Both the position numbers and the translations under genes were made by a program. A stretch of DNA of 64,000 bases from Euglena gracilis (Eukaryota): the NCBI GenBank assembly GCA_039621445.1, contig CP154954.1:30384395-30448394 (forward strand). Direction: 5' to 3'. The notes beneath the pieces were generated by a model. That model was not told the origin of the DNA and ran no database searches. It saw only the letters and a program-made list of their open reading frames with translations. Shown piece by piece: positions 1-10,977 of this stretch; within the stretch, counting starts at the first letter, position 1, and each line of letters starts with the position of its first letter.

Positions 1-949
1 TCGGCGGCACGGGGCAGTGCAAAGCTTTGTCTTGAATCTGGCACAACGAGCTGGCTTCCCTGCACGTCGAGAAGAAAAAGCCGAGGATGGAACACGACCG
101 GGTGATGTTTTTATCACTCGATTCGACGCAAATGGTCCCGTAGCCATTGATGTCACAGTGAGGCACCCACTTGCACCCTCCAGGTCACCTCCAGCTCAGG
201 TGGACAATTGGCACAATCGACAGGAGACAAAATCGCCAAATATGGGGAGCCTTGCAAGCGACGCGGTTGGACATTTATCCCACTGGTGATGGACTGTTAC
301 GGTGGCATGAGTGAAGCAGGCCAAGGATTCGTCTCCACATGCATCCGCCTCCAAACAAGCCAACATAACGGCTGGGAGAGGCGTGGTGTGGAGGCCAGTG
401 CATGGCAGGGGCTTGGAATGGCTTTGATGCGCGAGTTGGCACGACAACTGGCATGGGGACAGTGTCCTGAGCAACTGCTTGACTGCAGTAGCGCTGGTAA
501 GCGTTCCCCGTATTTCTGACTGTGACTTCATCCAGTGCACCTGCCACCTCTATCACCTCTACCACCCTCGGTGGCCCACACAGAACAATGGCCACGGGGC
601 CATCTTTCTTACCTACCACACTCGGACGGCTCTGAAAACAAAAACACCAAGAAAAATCAGCAAATGACACAAACACGCCAACAGTGGCAAGCAAAGCACA
701 CACCCCCCTCTCTCCCCGCCGTATATATTGAAGATGGGACTTTCCCATTTTCCTCTAACCACTGACCGCGGGACATGCCTTTGTACTTTCTGTACTTTAC
801 ACCCATAGTATCTACCGGCGACCTGTGGCCGCACAGGGAGTCACGAGGAGTTTCTCCTTGTGGCGAGGGCCAAAAGAGACGTCTCCCTGGGCCCGGGGCA
901 CGGTCTGGGTGAAGCTGTGCTACCCGTAGTGAATGTTTTGTTCAAAAAA
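1..949 (+). mobile_element. 3' end of CRE-like non-LTR retrotransposon (family A): frameshifted REL endonuclease C-terminus, 3' UTR, double-hairpin tail, short A6
   Basis: RRH...RPGDVFI...AIDVTV...K motif (17-289) continues as WTFIPLV...YGG (208-519). Conserved tail at 858-930, then TGTTTTGTTCAAAAAA. Mirror of 31688-32636. Confidence 0.85.
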
Positions 950-1689
950 GAACCCAACATTACACCACTTCTCAGACGCTTAATCCACCTCGATCATTTG
1001 CAGTGAAAGGATGAAATGTGACAGCACAGGAACACGCAAGGGAGGCACAGGGGTTGTGTGAAGCATGAATTGGCTTATCGACTGCCCCCCCCCCGTTTGG
1101 TTGATTATGTGACAGGTTTGGGAGGTGTCCCAGTGGTGATGCCTTCACCTGGGAATTTACAGCTGGAGGTCTCGGGGGAGGGCCTAGCCCCCTTGGGGGG
1201 GGCCCAGTCCCCCATGATGGAGGAGTCTTTCACCTGTCGTTTTGGCTGCCCGACTCCTGTCAAAGTACCAAGATGTGGTATCATCAAGCCCTGTAGGTGG
1301 GGGGGGGGGCTTCAAAACGTGGCAAAGCGAGGTGGCGCCACGATTCCTATGCAGTGCCGGAATCGGTGGTACGGCAAGCAATCCTTAACTTAACGTGGAT
1401 GCCGTCAATGAGGAGACCACGGCCTGATTGATGAAATGACTCTCCACGGTCCGGGTCCAGATAATAAATTTTTTTGAAGATACAAAAACCTCTGATTTTT
1501 TGAGATTTTCAGAAAAGCGTGGTTTCCTTTTGGTGGAAATGATGCCAGAGAACACAAATTTCACAAAAAAAATCTGAAAAGGGGTAGGGGGGTATCCGAG
1601 ACCCTTTTTCTCGACCCCCCTAAACGACCCTCCCCTGAGTGACCCTCCGGGGTCCTAGCCGGGACCAAAGGGGGGTCATTCAGGGGGGG

Positions 1690-1920
1690 GTCTTCCTTGT
1701 GGAGGAAATCCATGCAGTGTGCGGTTGGCAGGCATGGTATTTGGATGACGCCCACGTCGTGGGGAACCCGCGACAACTCGAAGCGGTAGTACACCTCGTG
1801 TTGGAGGAAGGACCTCTCGTTGGTGTTGCCTTGAATGCCGAGAAGTGCACCCTGTGGGGCCCCGCCTTCAACCCAGACTGGGCTTCAGTGAACGTCCAAA
1901 GCTTTCCCTTTTCCCCTTTT
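1690..1920 (+). pseudogene. Fragment of CRE-like reverse transcriptase
   Basis: WQAWYLDDAHVVG...GVALNAEKC (RT motifs C-D); mirror copy at ~30182-30410 (-). Confidence 0.85.
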
Positions 1921-2449
1921 AGGATCGTTTTTTGGCTCCTCGAGCCGACTTGTGTCGGAAATTTTTTCCCATTCTGCACCCCCCTGTGGCCGAAGCTGGG
2001 CCATCATTTCCAAGGGGGCGGACGGACGGACGGACGGACGGATGGTGAAAAAAGCGAAGGTCCGGACGGACGGCTGACCTTGTGGGCTTGGTCCGGACGG
2101 CTGAAGAAAATGCACTTGGTCCAGCTAGCCGGCTGGCCGGCTGGCCGGCTGGCCGGCGGGCCGGCTAGCCGGCCGGGTCTTTGGAAGCGCAGGCGAAGCG
2201 CAAGAAAGATAGAAAGATCGCGTAGATCTCCAACCGGAAGTAACGGTCCAGGGTTCCTTCACAACATGTCAGATCTACAGTACCATGTCCGCTGAGCTGC
2301 CCCGTACTGCAAGGTTCGTATCAGAGGTGATGCACTGGCCTATTTCTGTGGTATTTATCATTCAACCTCAAGATGATTTTTCCAACTTCTTGTTTTCTCT
2401 GAGGCGGCAAAAATAATTTTGATAAAAGTACACGGATGAGAACGATATC

Positions 2450-2521
2450 GCCCCCGTGGTATAGCGGTCGTGTGGTTAGCGTGCGTCCGGTAGGTCGCGG
2501 GTTCGAATCCCGCCGGGGGCA
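2450..2521 (+). pseudogene. tRNA-like element (degenerate; nominal anticodon TGC/Ala)
   Basis: Perfect acceptor stem GCCCCCG/CGGGGGC, perfect T-arm GCGGG-TTCGAAT-CCCGC, A-box TGGTATAGCGG and a T5 run downstream. D and anticodon stems pair poorly and U33 is absent. Confidence 0.7.
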
Positions 2522-3195
2522 ACTTCCTGTTTTTCCTTATTTGACGCGACGAGTAAAGGGAAGCCGTGACTGCTTTTCGGAAGGAAGGAATTTTTTTTTT
2601 TTTGTTCGGCCGGCTGGAAAGACAGACATTGGTCCGGCTTGACGGACGGCTGGCGAAAAAATGCTTCGTCCGGACGGACGGCTGGGCGTCCAGCATTGGT
2701 CCGGCTGAAGAGGTCCGGACGGCTCGAACGGACGGACGGCCAGCCGCCCCCCAAGGAGAAACTTCCCAGTGGACCCTCCCCGACCCCTGAGGGGGGTGTC
2801 ACTGGGATCTCCAAGGGGGGTGCCTTTGGGGTTTCAACCCCTCCCTGCTCAGCTGAACCAGTGAGAGCCAACAGCCCCCCCTGGGTGTCATTTCTCACAG
2901 TTTCTGGGCCAAAAGGGGGTTTTGGTGTGAAATTTGGCCAGTGGTTGCCTGAGTTGAGGAGTCCCACCCCCCTGCCCCTTTTCCCACAGATGAGGTGGGG
3001 GGAAGACAAACCTCACCTTCTTCAAATGATTGATTGTTCTCAATTGGACTTTCCATTTGCAAATGTAATTCCAACACTTGAATTCACAATGATAATAGTT
3101 TGTGATTGCACCAATTGACAATTCCAAGGAGTAAAAAGAGTAAAACCCTGTGAGAGGAAAATGATTTTGATGCCCTTGATGGGTTTTTTTTTTTA

Positions 3196-3337
3196 GGCAC
3201 GGCTCGGCACGGCTCGGCACGGCTCGGCACGGCTCGGCACGGCTCGGCACGGCTCGGCACGGCTCGGCACGGCTCGGCACGGCTCGGCACGGCTCGGCAC
3301 GGCTCGGCACGGCTCGGCACGGCTCGGCACGGCTCGC
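3196..3337. repeat. (GGCACGGCTC)n 10-bp tandem repeat, ~14 units
   Basis: Perfect tandem array; the mirror at 28237-28306 has only ~7 units. Confidence 0.95.
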
Positions 3338-4456
3338 ACGTGTCTCGCGCGTGTCGTGCCCGCGCGTCGCCCGTGCGAGCGCGTCGCCCGTGTCGGCGTG
3401 CTGTTCTTGGCCGTCGGGACGGGTCACCGCGAGCCGTTGCACCCGCCTGTCACTTGTCATGTTTCACTTCGATTCTCGTTGGCCTTGCCCAGAGGGGCGT
3501 GGGCCCTGCGGTTTTTTTTTGGGGGGGGATGGTGCTACCATCTCCTTTTTGCCGGGTGTCTCACCTCGGGCGCATGCATTGGATGCAGATGGGGCCGACC
3601 AAGGTCCCTTCTTCCGATTGGAGCACTCTTTGCCATCCTTCCATGTCCACAGCCGCCACTGCGGTCACACCTTGTGCTTTGTTTGGAGCCGGTTGCACCT
3701 CCTGCGATGTGGTTGTCAGTGGCAGCTCATCATGTCCTCTTGCCGCTGTGGCTGCAGATAGCTGCTCCGCCACGAAAGCCATCAAAGCTGACGATATTCG
3801 TTGCCATATGTCTGCCGCCCGGTGTTGCCTTGCCCACCCTTGTTGGTCACCCAACACCTGCTTTACCAAGCGGCTGAGGAGCCCGGAGCTGAGTGGGCCC
3901 AAGCCTGACCATGGGTGAAAGGAGAGTGGGCTGAACAACCAACCAGCCGATTCACACACAGGCTGATTCTTTGCGATCTTCTTGCTCTCCATCGCTGCCA
4001 TGTTCTTGAGGGCTGCGCTTTCGTCCCAGGACAGATCTTTTCTGAGAGGGTGGAACACGACAAGGTCGACCGCCAGTGGTCCTGAGGGATCCACTCCCTG
4101 GAGCGCAATGTCTGCTGGGCGCATCTTTCCCCCGACTGTGACTTCTGTCCTTGTGTGCACGCCATTCTCCTTCAGGACCATCGCCAGCGCATCTCGCACA
4201 GCGTTGTGGCGCTGTACAAGCTTGTTTTTCTTGCAACATAGCAGATGGTCCCCAAAGGGATCCAGGGAGTCACCACACAAGGGGCATGCGGCGCCGGACG
4301 AGCCCGGCAAGATCTTGGCACCAAGCCACCATCGGATGAGCAAACGGTACTTTGATGCGGGTATTTTTGTTCCAATGCCCTTGTTCGGGACCGTTCGCAA
4401 CCATGCGGTTATGTGGGGCATTGACTGCAGGCGCAAGCGGCACTTGTCTCTTTGAG

Positions 4457-5971
4457 AGTGCCAAACGGTAGACGGGGGGGGGGGTAGTGGGTAGTCTGCC
4501 GACTAGTCGGCCGACTAGTCGGCCGACCAATTGGGTAGTCGGCCGACTAATTGGTCGGCCGACTAGTCGGCGGACCAATTGGGTAGTCGGCCGACTAGTC
4601 GGCCGACTACCCACTCTAATGTACTAACGGGTCAAAACCGCCGACTTTTAAGCCCCCCCCCTGGGAAAAAAATTTTGTCTAAATCACCTCAACACTAGTC
4701 AAAACCCACCCAAATGGCTCCAGAACCCCCCAATCGGGGGTGAATATGCAAAACAATTGGGGGAAAATGTCCATTTTGGGCCACTTTTGACAAAAGTACA
4801 CCTCTCCCCATTGAATTTTCAATATAAGTCAAAATTTGCACAAAAAAAGGGTCTTATCCCTCCAAGTCTATTGCCAACATAGAAGGGATTTTGTTTTTTG
4901 AGGGGGGGGGTGCGGGGGGGGCGGAGGCCCTCCCGCCTATGCCAAAGTAAGCCACAAAAACGACTTAGCCCCCGAGTATGTTGCCAACACAGAAGGGATT
5001 TTGTTATTTGAGGGGGGGGGTGCGGGGGGGGCGGAGCCCCCCCCCGCCTATGCCAAAGTGAGCCACAAAAAGAATTAGGCCCCGAATATGTTTCCAACAC
5101 AGAAGGGATTTTATTATTTGAGGGGGGGGGAGTGCGGGGGGGGCGGAGCCCCCCCCGCCTATGCCAAAGTGAGCCACAAAAACGACTTAGCCCCCGAGTA
5201 TGTTGCCAACACAGAAGGGATTTTGTTACTTGAGGGGGGGGGCCGGGGGGGGGGGCGGAGCCCCCCCCGCCTATGCCAAAGTGAGCCACAAAAATGACTT
5301 AGCCCCCGATTATGTGGCCAACACAGAAGGGATTTTGAGAATTGAGGGGGGGGGTGCGGGGGGGGCGGAGCCCCCCCCGCCTATGCCAAAGTGAGCCACA
5401 AAAACGACTTAGCCCCCGAGTATGTTGCCAACACAGAAGGGATTTTGTTATTTGAGTCTCGGATTGGGGTGGAGGGGGGAGTTTTCTGCCTCTCGTGATG
5501 CAGAACGCAGATTGCAGATTGCATTTCTAAAGGATTTTAATGTAATCCCTGTTTCATCATTGGTTTTTTACCCCTCCGGACCCCCATCAAGGGCCCACCG
5601 ACCCCCCACTGACCAAAGATTTCCATCTGGGGGTGTTTATTTAGGCGTAAGACACTTATTTGGACCCATCCGGACCATTTCCGGGTGATTTGGGCCCGCC
5701 ACAGACCATTTTTATGACCGCCGACTAGCCACCGACTAGTTTCCATTGGATTTTGTTCATGGGGGGGGGGCTTAAAAGTCGGCGGTTTTGACCCGTTAGT
5801 ACATTAGAGTGGGTAGTCGGCCGACTAGTTGGCCGACTACCCACTACCCCCCCCCCCCCCCTGTCTCGCCGACTAGCTACCGACTAGGCCTAGTCGGTGG
5901 ACCAATTGGGTAGTCGGCCGACTAGTCGGCCGACTACCCACTACCCCCCCCCCAGTCTACCGCCTTGCGCC
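4457..5971. mobile_element. Non-autonomous Mutator-like DNA transposon (9-bp TSD)
   Basis: TSD CTCTTTGAG at 4448-4456 and 5972-5980. Long imperfect TIRs with GGCCGACTAGTC subterminal repeats and an internal ~120-bp tandem array (4870-5455). Empty site in the mirror arm near 27115. Confidence 0.85.
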
Positions 5972-8546
5972 CTCTTTGAGGAAGCGTGTTCTTCAAGGAA
6001 TCTTTCCGGGCTTGATGCACCTTTTCCGTCCACCACTGCTGCCTTCGATGATCGTCTTCACAATTGATGGGCAAGTTTCGCTGAGTCCATTCTTGCACTG
6101 GCGCGAACTGCGGGCCTAGCGTGTCCTGCAACTTTGTGGCCACCATCGTGAAGTCGGAAGGCAAAGCACATGCCTCTGGCGGAAACCGCAGCAGTTGTGA
6201 GCGGTGTTGGGCACATAAGATACCCGCCATTCTGGCTGGTGCTTGGAGGACAAGGGGGTCCTTGATTCCCAGCCCCGCCATCCGGAGCGGGAGGGAGCAT
6301 TGCGTCCACTGTGCATCATTGGCGGCAGGCTGCCCCAGAATGTCATCCCATGTTCTCCGGATCACTCGTGCTACCTCTTGGAGTGGTCCTTGGAGGGCGT
6401 GCGTGTGCAACGTCCGCAGAAAATGCATCACTTTGCAGGCATCAAGACAATATCGCAGCAAAATGTGCTCAAATTGCGGGTCTCCGAGGTTGCTGACGAC
6501 GTGGCACGCTTCCTCTAGCTTGTCCACCATGGCTTGCATCTCGCGCTTGCAAAACGTTGCCGAAGAGGGGTGTTCAACCGGAAAGCCAAGGACCCGCAAT
6601 CCGTGATCAGGTGCCCATGGCACGCGGGGTATTGATCGCAGCATGTCGAAATGGTTTCCGTGCGGAGTTGGGTGTTGCGCAGGGCCCCACAGGCGACATT
6701 TTTGGAGGTTCAATTGCACCCCCAGGTGCACGGAACTTTGGCTGATTGTGGCAAGTGAAGCAGCCAAGGCATCCATCGACCCGACAAGGTGTCCATCATC
6801 CAGGTACCACACGTTCAAGGCGAGGTCTTTTGGGAGAGCTTGGACCACATCTTGCCAAGCCAGAGCAAAGAAGAGCGGGCCAAGGGGGTCGCCTTGTTGC
6901 ACACCCTGTTCGCTTGTCATACGATGTCCGTAGGTGTAGAGGGCGGAGTGTGACGCGTAAGAAAGTCGTGCCCATCCTTCGAGCTCAGGTGCGCGTTTGC
7001 GTACAGCATGAAGCATTGCTTGCCGATCGATTGCATTGAAGGCATTTTGCAAGTCCACCTGCAGGATGCCCCATGCATCACCTTGTGCATGTTGTACGAA
7101 AGATTGCAGGCCCTGTGCTATGGTTTCACACGCTCCTTCTGTGGCCACTCCACATTGTTGCGGGTGTAGTTCTGCTGCTCGCTGCCTCACACACGGTGAC
7201 ATCATGGCAAACTTCCCCACAAAGCGGCGGACGGTGTTTCCCACGGCGATGGGTCGGACATTCAAGCTGCCAGTGGGGCCCTCCTTCCTCAAAGGAATCA
7301 AGGCAGCCGAAGAGATGAACGGCATTGCTCGTGCAGGCAAGGACCCATCCAGTGCCGCTTTCGTGAACATGCATAGAGCAGCAACCACGAATGAAGATGC
7401 CCCTGCATCCACACGCACCACGTCTTGGAGGTGTTGTGGTCTCAAGCCATCCGGACCTGGTGCAGAAGCCTTTGGAAAGGACAGTAGCGTCTCGCGTAGA
7501 AACTTGTTCAAATCGTGTTGATCCTGGCTGCTGTCCTCCTTTGGGAAGGGGAATGCCTTTGCAATGGGTTCGGTGCACATGACTTCTGGCCTTCTTGGGT
7601 GCAGATCCCGCAGCTTGGTTTGCACGTTGAGGTCCAGCGGGTCGTGTAGTCCATCCGACATGAGATGGCGCACCGCTTTACCGAATGCGCCATCATCCAT
7701 CAAGCCACGGAGTGTGTTGAGGAATGGGCTTTCTTGCAGTCTGTCCACCTTTTCATGGAGGGAGAGTGGTGATGTGCTCTTTCTTTTCTTGCGGTCCGGC
7801 GGCGGGATGCCCTGGCGATATTCGTCCCTGCATTGAAACGCTCGACTCGTGAGCGGATGAGCTGGGCAGCTTGTCCCATGTGTGCTTTGCCACCCCGTGG
7901 GGACCAAAGTGTGATTTTTTGAAAGAGGGCCCAATCTCGCAATGCCTCCCATGAGCGCTCGGAGCAGAGACGCTGTTGCACCTTGGCCCATGCCATGCCC
8001 CACAAGGGTATGGCTGCACGCGGGATGTGCCGAAACAGAGGCCTGGTGAGGGACAGGATATCGTGAACCGCCGTAGCCATGGCTGCATTTGGTAAGTCCA
8101 AGGAGGAACATGGTGGTGCGGGGTTACGTGATGATGATGAGGCCGCCTGGACTGCAGGAGGATGGCTCGGTGGTGGCAAGCGGCTTGGGGTGGAGTCTGC
8201 TCTGACACGAAAGCAGTTCTCCCCCACACACCTTTTCCGCTCCGGCAGCATTCTTAGGCAATGGCCACAAACCCAGCGTTGCGCTTCTTGGAGCCACACG
8301 GATGATGGAATTTCACCAGCAGCAACGTGAACCATGGCCACATGATTTGTGGCGAGCCGCTTTGTATTCCAGCCTTGAAAGCCATGTCGGAAGGACTTGC
8401 AACAGTGGGGAAACGGGCAATGGAAAACGCCTGGGCCCTCTTCTTCAGAATCAGAGGAATCTGGACCACGCTCGGCCCTCCGCTTGCGTGCTTGAGGATT
8501 TGGTCTTGCCGGTGCAGAGGCGGAGGAGGCGGCGGACGGTGGGAGA

Positions 8547-8969
8547 CATAGCTGGCGTTTTTTTTGTTTTTTTTTAAAAAAAACGTTTTTTTTTATTAAA
8601 AAAAACGGGCAAAAAAAACGGCAAAAAAAACAAAGGAGAAAATGATGGTCCAAATTTTGCCTTTGATCGCAATGGTGAACCAATCTTAGCTCAAATGACT
8701 TGAAAACCAATACTTTTGGTTGTCTTCAACAAGAATGGTCAAAATAGGGCATTTTTCTGCCATTTTGGGATGTTTCAACTTGAAACATCCCAAATTTGGT
8801 GTCTTTCTCTGACCGAGGATGGGCAAAAAAGCTAAAATTAAAGGCAAAAATTTTTTTTTGCCCTGGACCCTCAATGGCGTTTTTTTGTGTTTTTTTTAAA
8901 AAACATGTTTTTTTTATATAAAAAAAACGTGTTTTTTTTGACTTCGTTTTAAACGAAGTGCCAGCTATG
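8547..8969. mobile_element. hAT-like MITE (TIR CATAGCTGGC, 8-bp TSD)
   Basis: TSD GTGGGAGA at 8539-8546 and 8970-8977. Present in both IR1 arms, so it predates the duplication. Confidence 0.85.
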
Positions 8970-9048
8970 GTGGGAGAGGAGCCAGGTTGATGACAGCAGC
9001 CGTTTGATTCATTGCCAAGAAAGCCGCCCCGGGATCTGGAGGTGAAGT

Positions 9049-9099
9049 TGGGCCTGGATTTGGCTCGACATCTCCATCCTCACAAAGGTCACGTGTCCA
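9049..9099 (-). other. 2A/StopGo motif WTRDLCEDGDVEPNPG|P
   Basis: Matches D(V/I)ExNPGP; mirror of 22468-22518. Confidence 0.85.
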
Positions 9100-9915
9100 A
9101 GACCCTTGGTAGTAAAATGGTGACAATTGACACACGAAGCTGCAGCTGTGGATGTGAGGATGGAACGTTGGGACGGGGCTGGAAAGGGGAGCAGCCGATG
9201 GGGCGGGTTGGCAGCTCGTCCTCACAGGTTGGGCGCATCTTGGGAAAGGGGTGGAGGATAGGCCGGCAGTGGAGACTGCGGCAGCACCAAGGGGAGGGAC
9301 AGGCCCGCCCGGGCTCACCGAGGGAGAGATCCTTGGTGGCGTCTCCCGCGGATCATAGCCCAGCGCAAACGCCGCTGACGTGTGGGCCAGCCTGCTGGTG
9401 CTGCGGGGGCGTTGGAGGGATGGGGCCGCCCTCCGGGGGGAGGAGCAGGGAGACTCGCCCAGGCTCGCTGGGGGCGGCGGCCTTGGCGGCATCACCCCCA
9501 GGTCATTGCCTTTGCTGCTCACAGGTTGGGCGCATCTCGGAATGGGGGCGTCCCCCTCAGGGGCCCTGGGCGGCGGGCGGGATGGGGCGCCTCTTGACAC
9601 ATGGGAGGCACAGGGGCGTCCCCCTGGCCTTGGAAGTTGGGGTACGGGCGAAGGGGGAAGGGGGTAGGTGAGGTAGGGGTAGGGGCGGAATTGACGGAGT
9701 GGACTGGAGGCGGAAGGTCAGAGATCTGTAGTTTGAATTCAATAGAAAACTCAGATGATGTCAAGCAAAACAAACAATTCAGGGCATAAACTATTCAGGG
9801 CATGAGGGTTGGTTGAGGCAGCGCGGATTAGGAAATGCTCAATTTCTACGAAATCTCCCTTGATGGGCAGTTAAATTTAGGATTGAGTGCGCTGATTCCT
9901 AAGCGCCCTCAAATC

Positions 9916-10486
9916 TCCTGCGTTAGTCCAGCGGACAGAGGGCCGGCTTCGATCGGTACCATCTTCTGGACGCGCGGGTTCGAGTCCCGATGAGCTAAAC
10001 TCCGAGCCGGGAGTGCACGGGACTTGAACCAGCCATGGCATACGGCGCTGCCAGGCGGGGTAAGGAATGGCCGCCGTACGGCGGGAAGTTCCGATGGCGC
10101 CGTGGTGGAAATCAGCAACCAGAGGCTCGACCCTGGCGTGCCTGATGGGTAAGGGCCGGTGAACCATCGGTTCACCGGCGGTTGCCTACCTGACGTGTCA
10201 CGATTAAACCATTGCGGCTTCGGCCGAGCAGTGACACCAAGGACAAGCAACCCCTATCAAGCACGCCATCGCCAAGCATCAGGAGCTGAGGCAAGGGATG
10301 GAGGACTTCGAGTGCCTCGAACCCTAGGGCTAATGCCCCCTGGCGGAGTGTAGCTCCACAGGCGAGAAAGTGAAATGGAGACAACCTCCTCAAATCCCAA
10401 ATGCTTGCCCATTGTGGCGAGGGCCAAAAGAGACGTTTCCCTGGGCCCGGGGCACGGTTCGGGTGAAGCTGTGCTACCCACCGTGG
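9916..10486 (+). mobile_element. Candidate SINE: degenerate type-II tRNA-like head plus family-A CRE 3' tail
   Basis: A-box TAGTCCAGCGG (9924-9934), B-box GGTTCGAGTCC (9977-9987) and long variable arm. 10412-10486 nearly matches tail 858-930. Mirror at ~21080-21650 (-). Confidence 0.5.
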
Positions 10487-10977
10487 GTGGAAGAAAAACC
10501 CCATTGCATCAAAATCAACCAACCCAGGTCAAAATCAAGGTTTCCCCGTTTGATTTTGATAAATTATGCTGAATTCCATCATTATTGAGTTTTGCAAACC
10601 CCTGCAAACTCAAGCGCCAATCTCAGAAAAAACTGTTCCAAGCGCTTGCAAGCGCTCACCAAATACAACATTTTCCCTTAAAACCAAAGGAAAAATGCAG
10701 AAAAAGCTTAAAAACATGCTAAATAGACCCAAAATCACCCTTTGGGAATACCGAGCATCACTCAATCTCTCTCTCCTTGCACACCCAAACCATGGGCGCC
10801 CTAGGAGAGGGAATTTTAATGGAAATCTTTAGAAAGCCTTAAAATTAGAGCTAAACCGCCCTTAAAACGGCCTTCTAAAAAGAAAAATCTCCGCCGCCCG
10901 GCCTCTGATACGAAAACTGTGTCCAGAACGCCGGTTCGGGCGTGAAGCCGTGTTCCAGAACGCCGGTTCGGGCAGCC

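Larger units (their letters stand above)
3561..9773 (-). mobile_element. CRE-like non-LTR retrotransposon family 1, left copy (2A - C2H2 ZnF - RT - CCHC - REL), disrupted
   Basis: ORF pieces 8965-9600 (DVEPNPGP), 7700-8710 (CPFPHC...H...H), 5934-8111 (QGDPLGP, YLDD) and 3561-4436 (CPLC...DHLLCC, RHN, RPADI..VDLV..K). Split by insertions at 8547-8969 and 4457-5971 and a 19-nt deletion near 7828. Confidence 0.92.

Noticed and set aside
787-799. TTTCTGTACTTTA resembling the kinetoplastid SL core
   Set aside because: Only 13 nt, not conserved in the homologous copy near 37965, and the SL seen in this window is the Euglena type.
858-930. Family-A tail as an HDV-like or hammerhead ribozyme
   Set aside because: No P2/P3 pseudoknot pairing or CUGANGA/GAAA core found, and it lies at the element 3' end.
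2888-3460. ORFs with RAEPCRAVPS repeats and most short ORFs in MITE and palindrome regions
   Set aside because: These are translations of simple repeats or antisense shadows of RT ORFs, with no recognisable domains.
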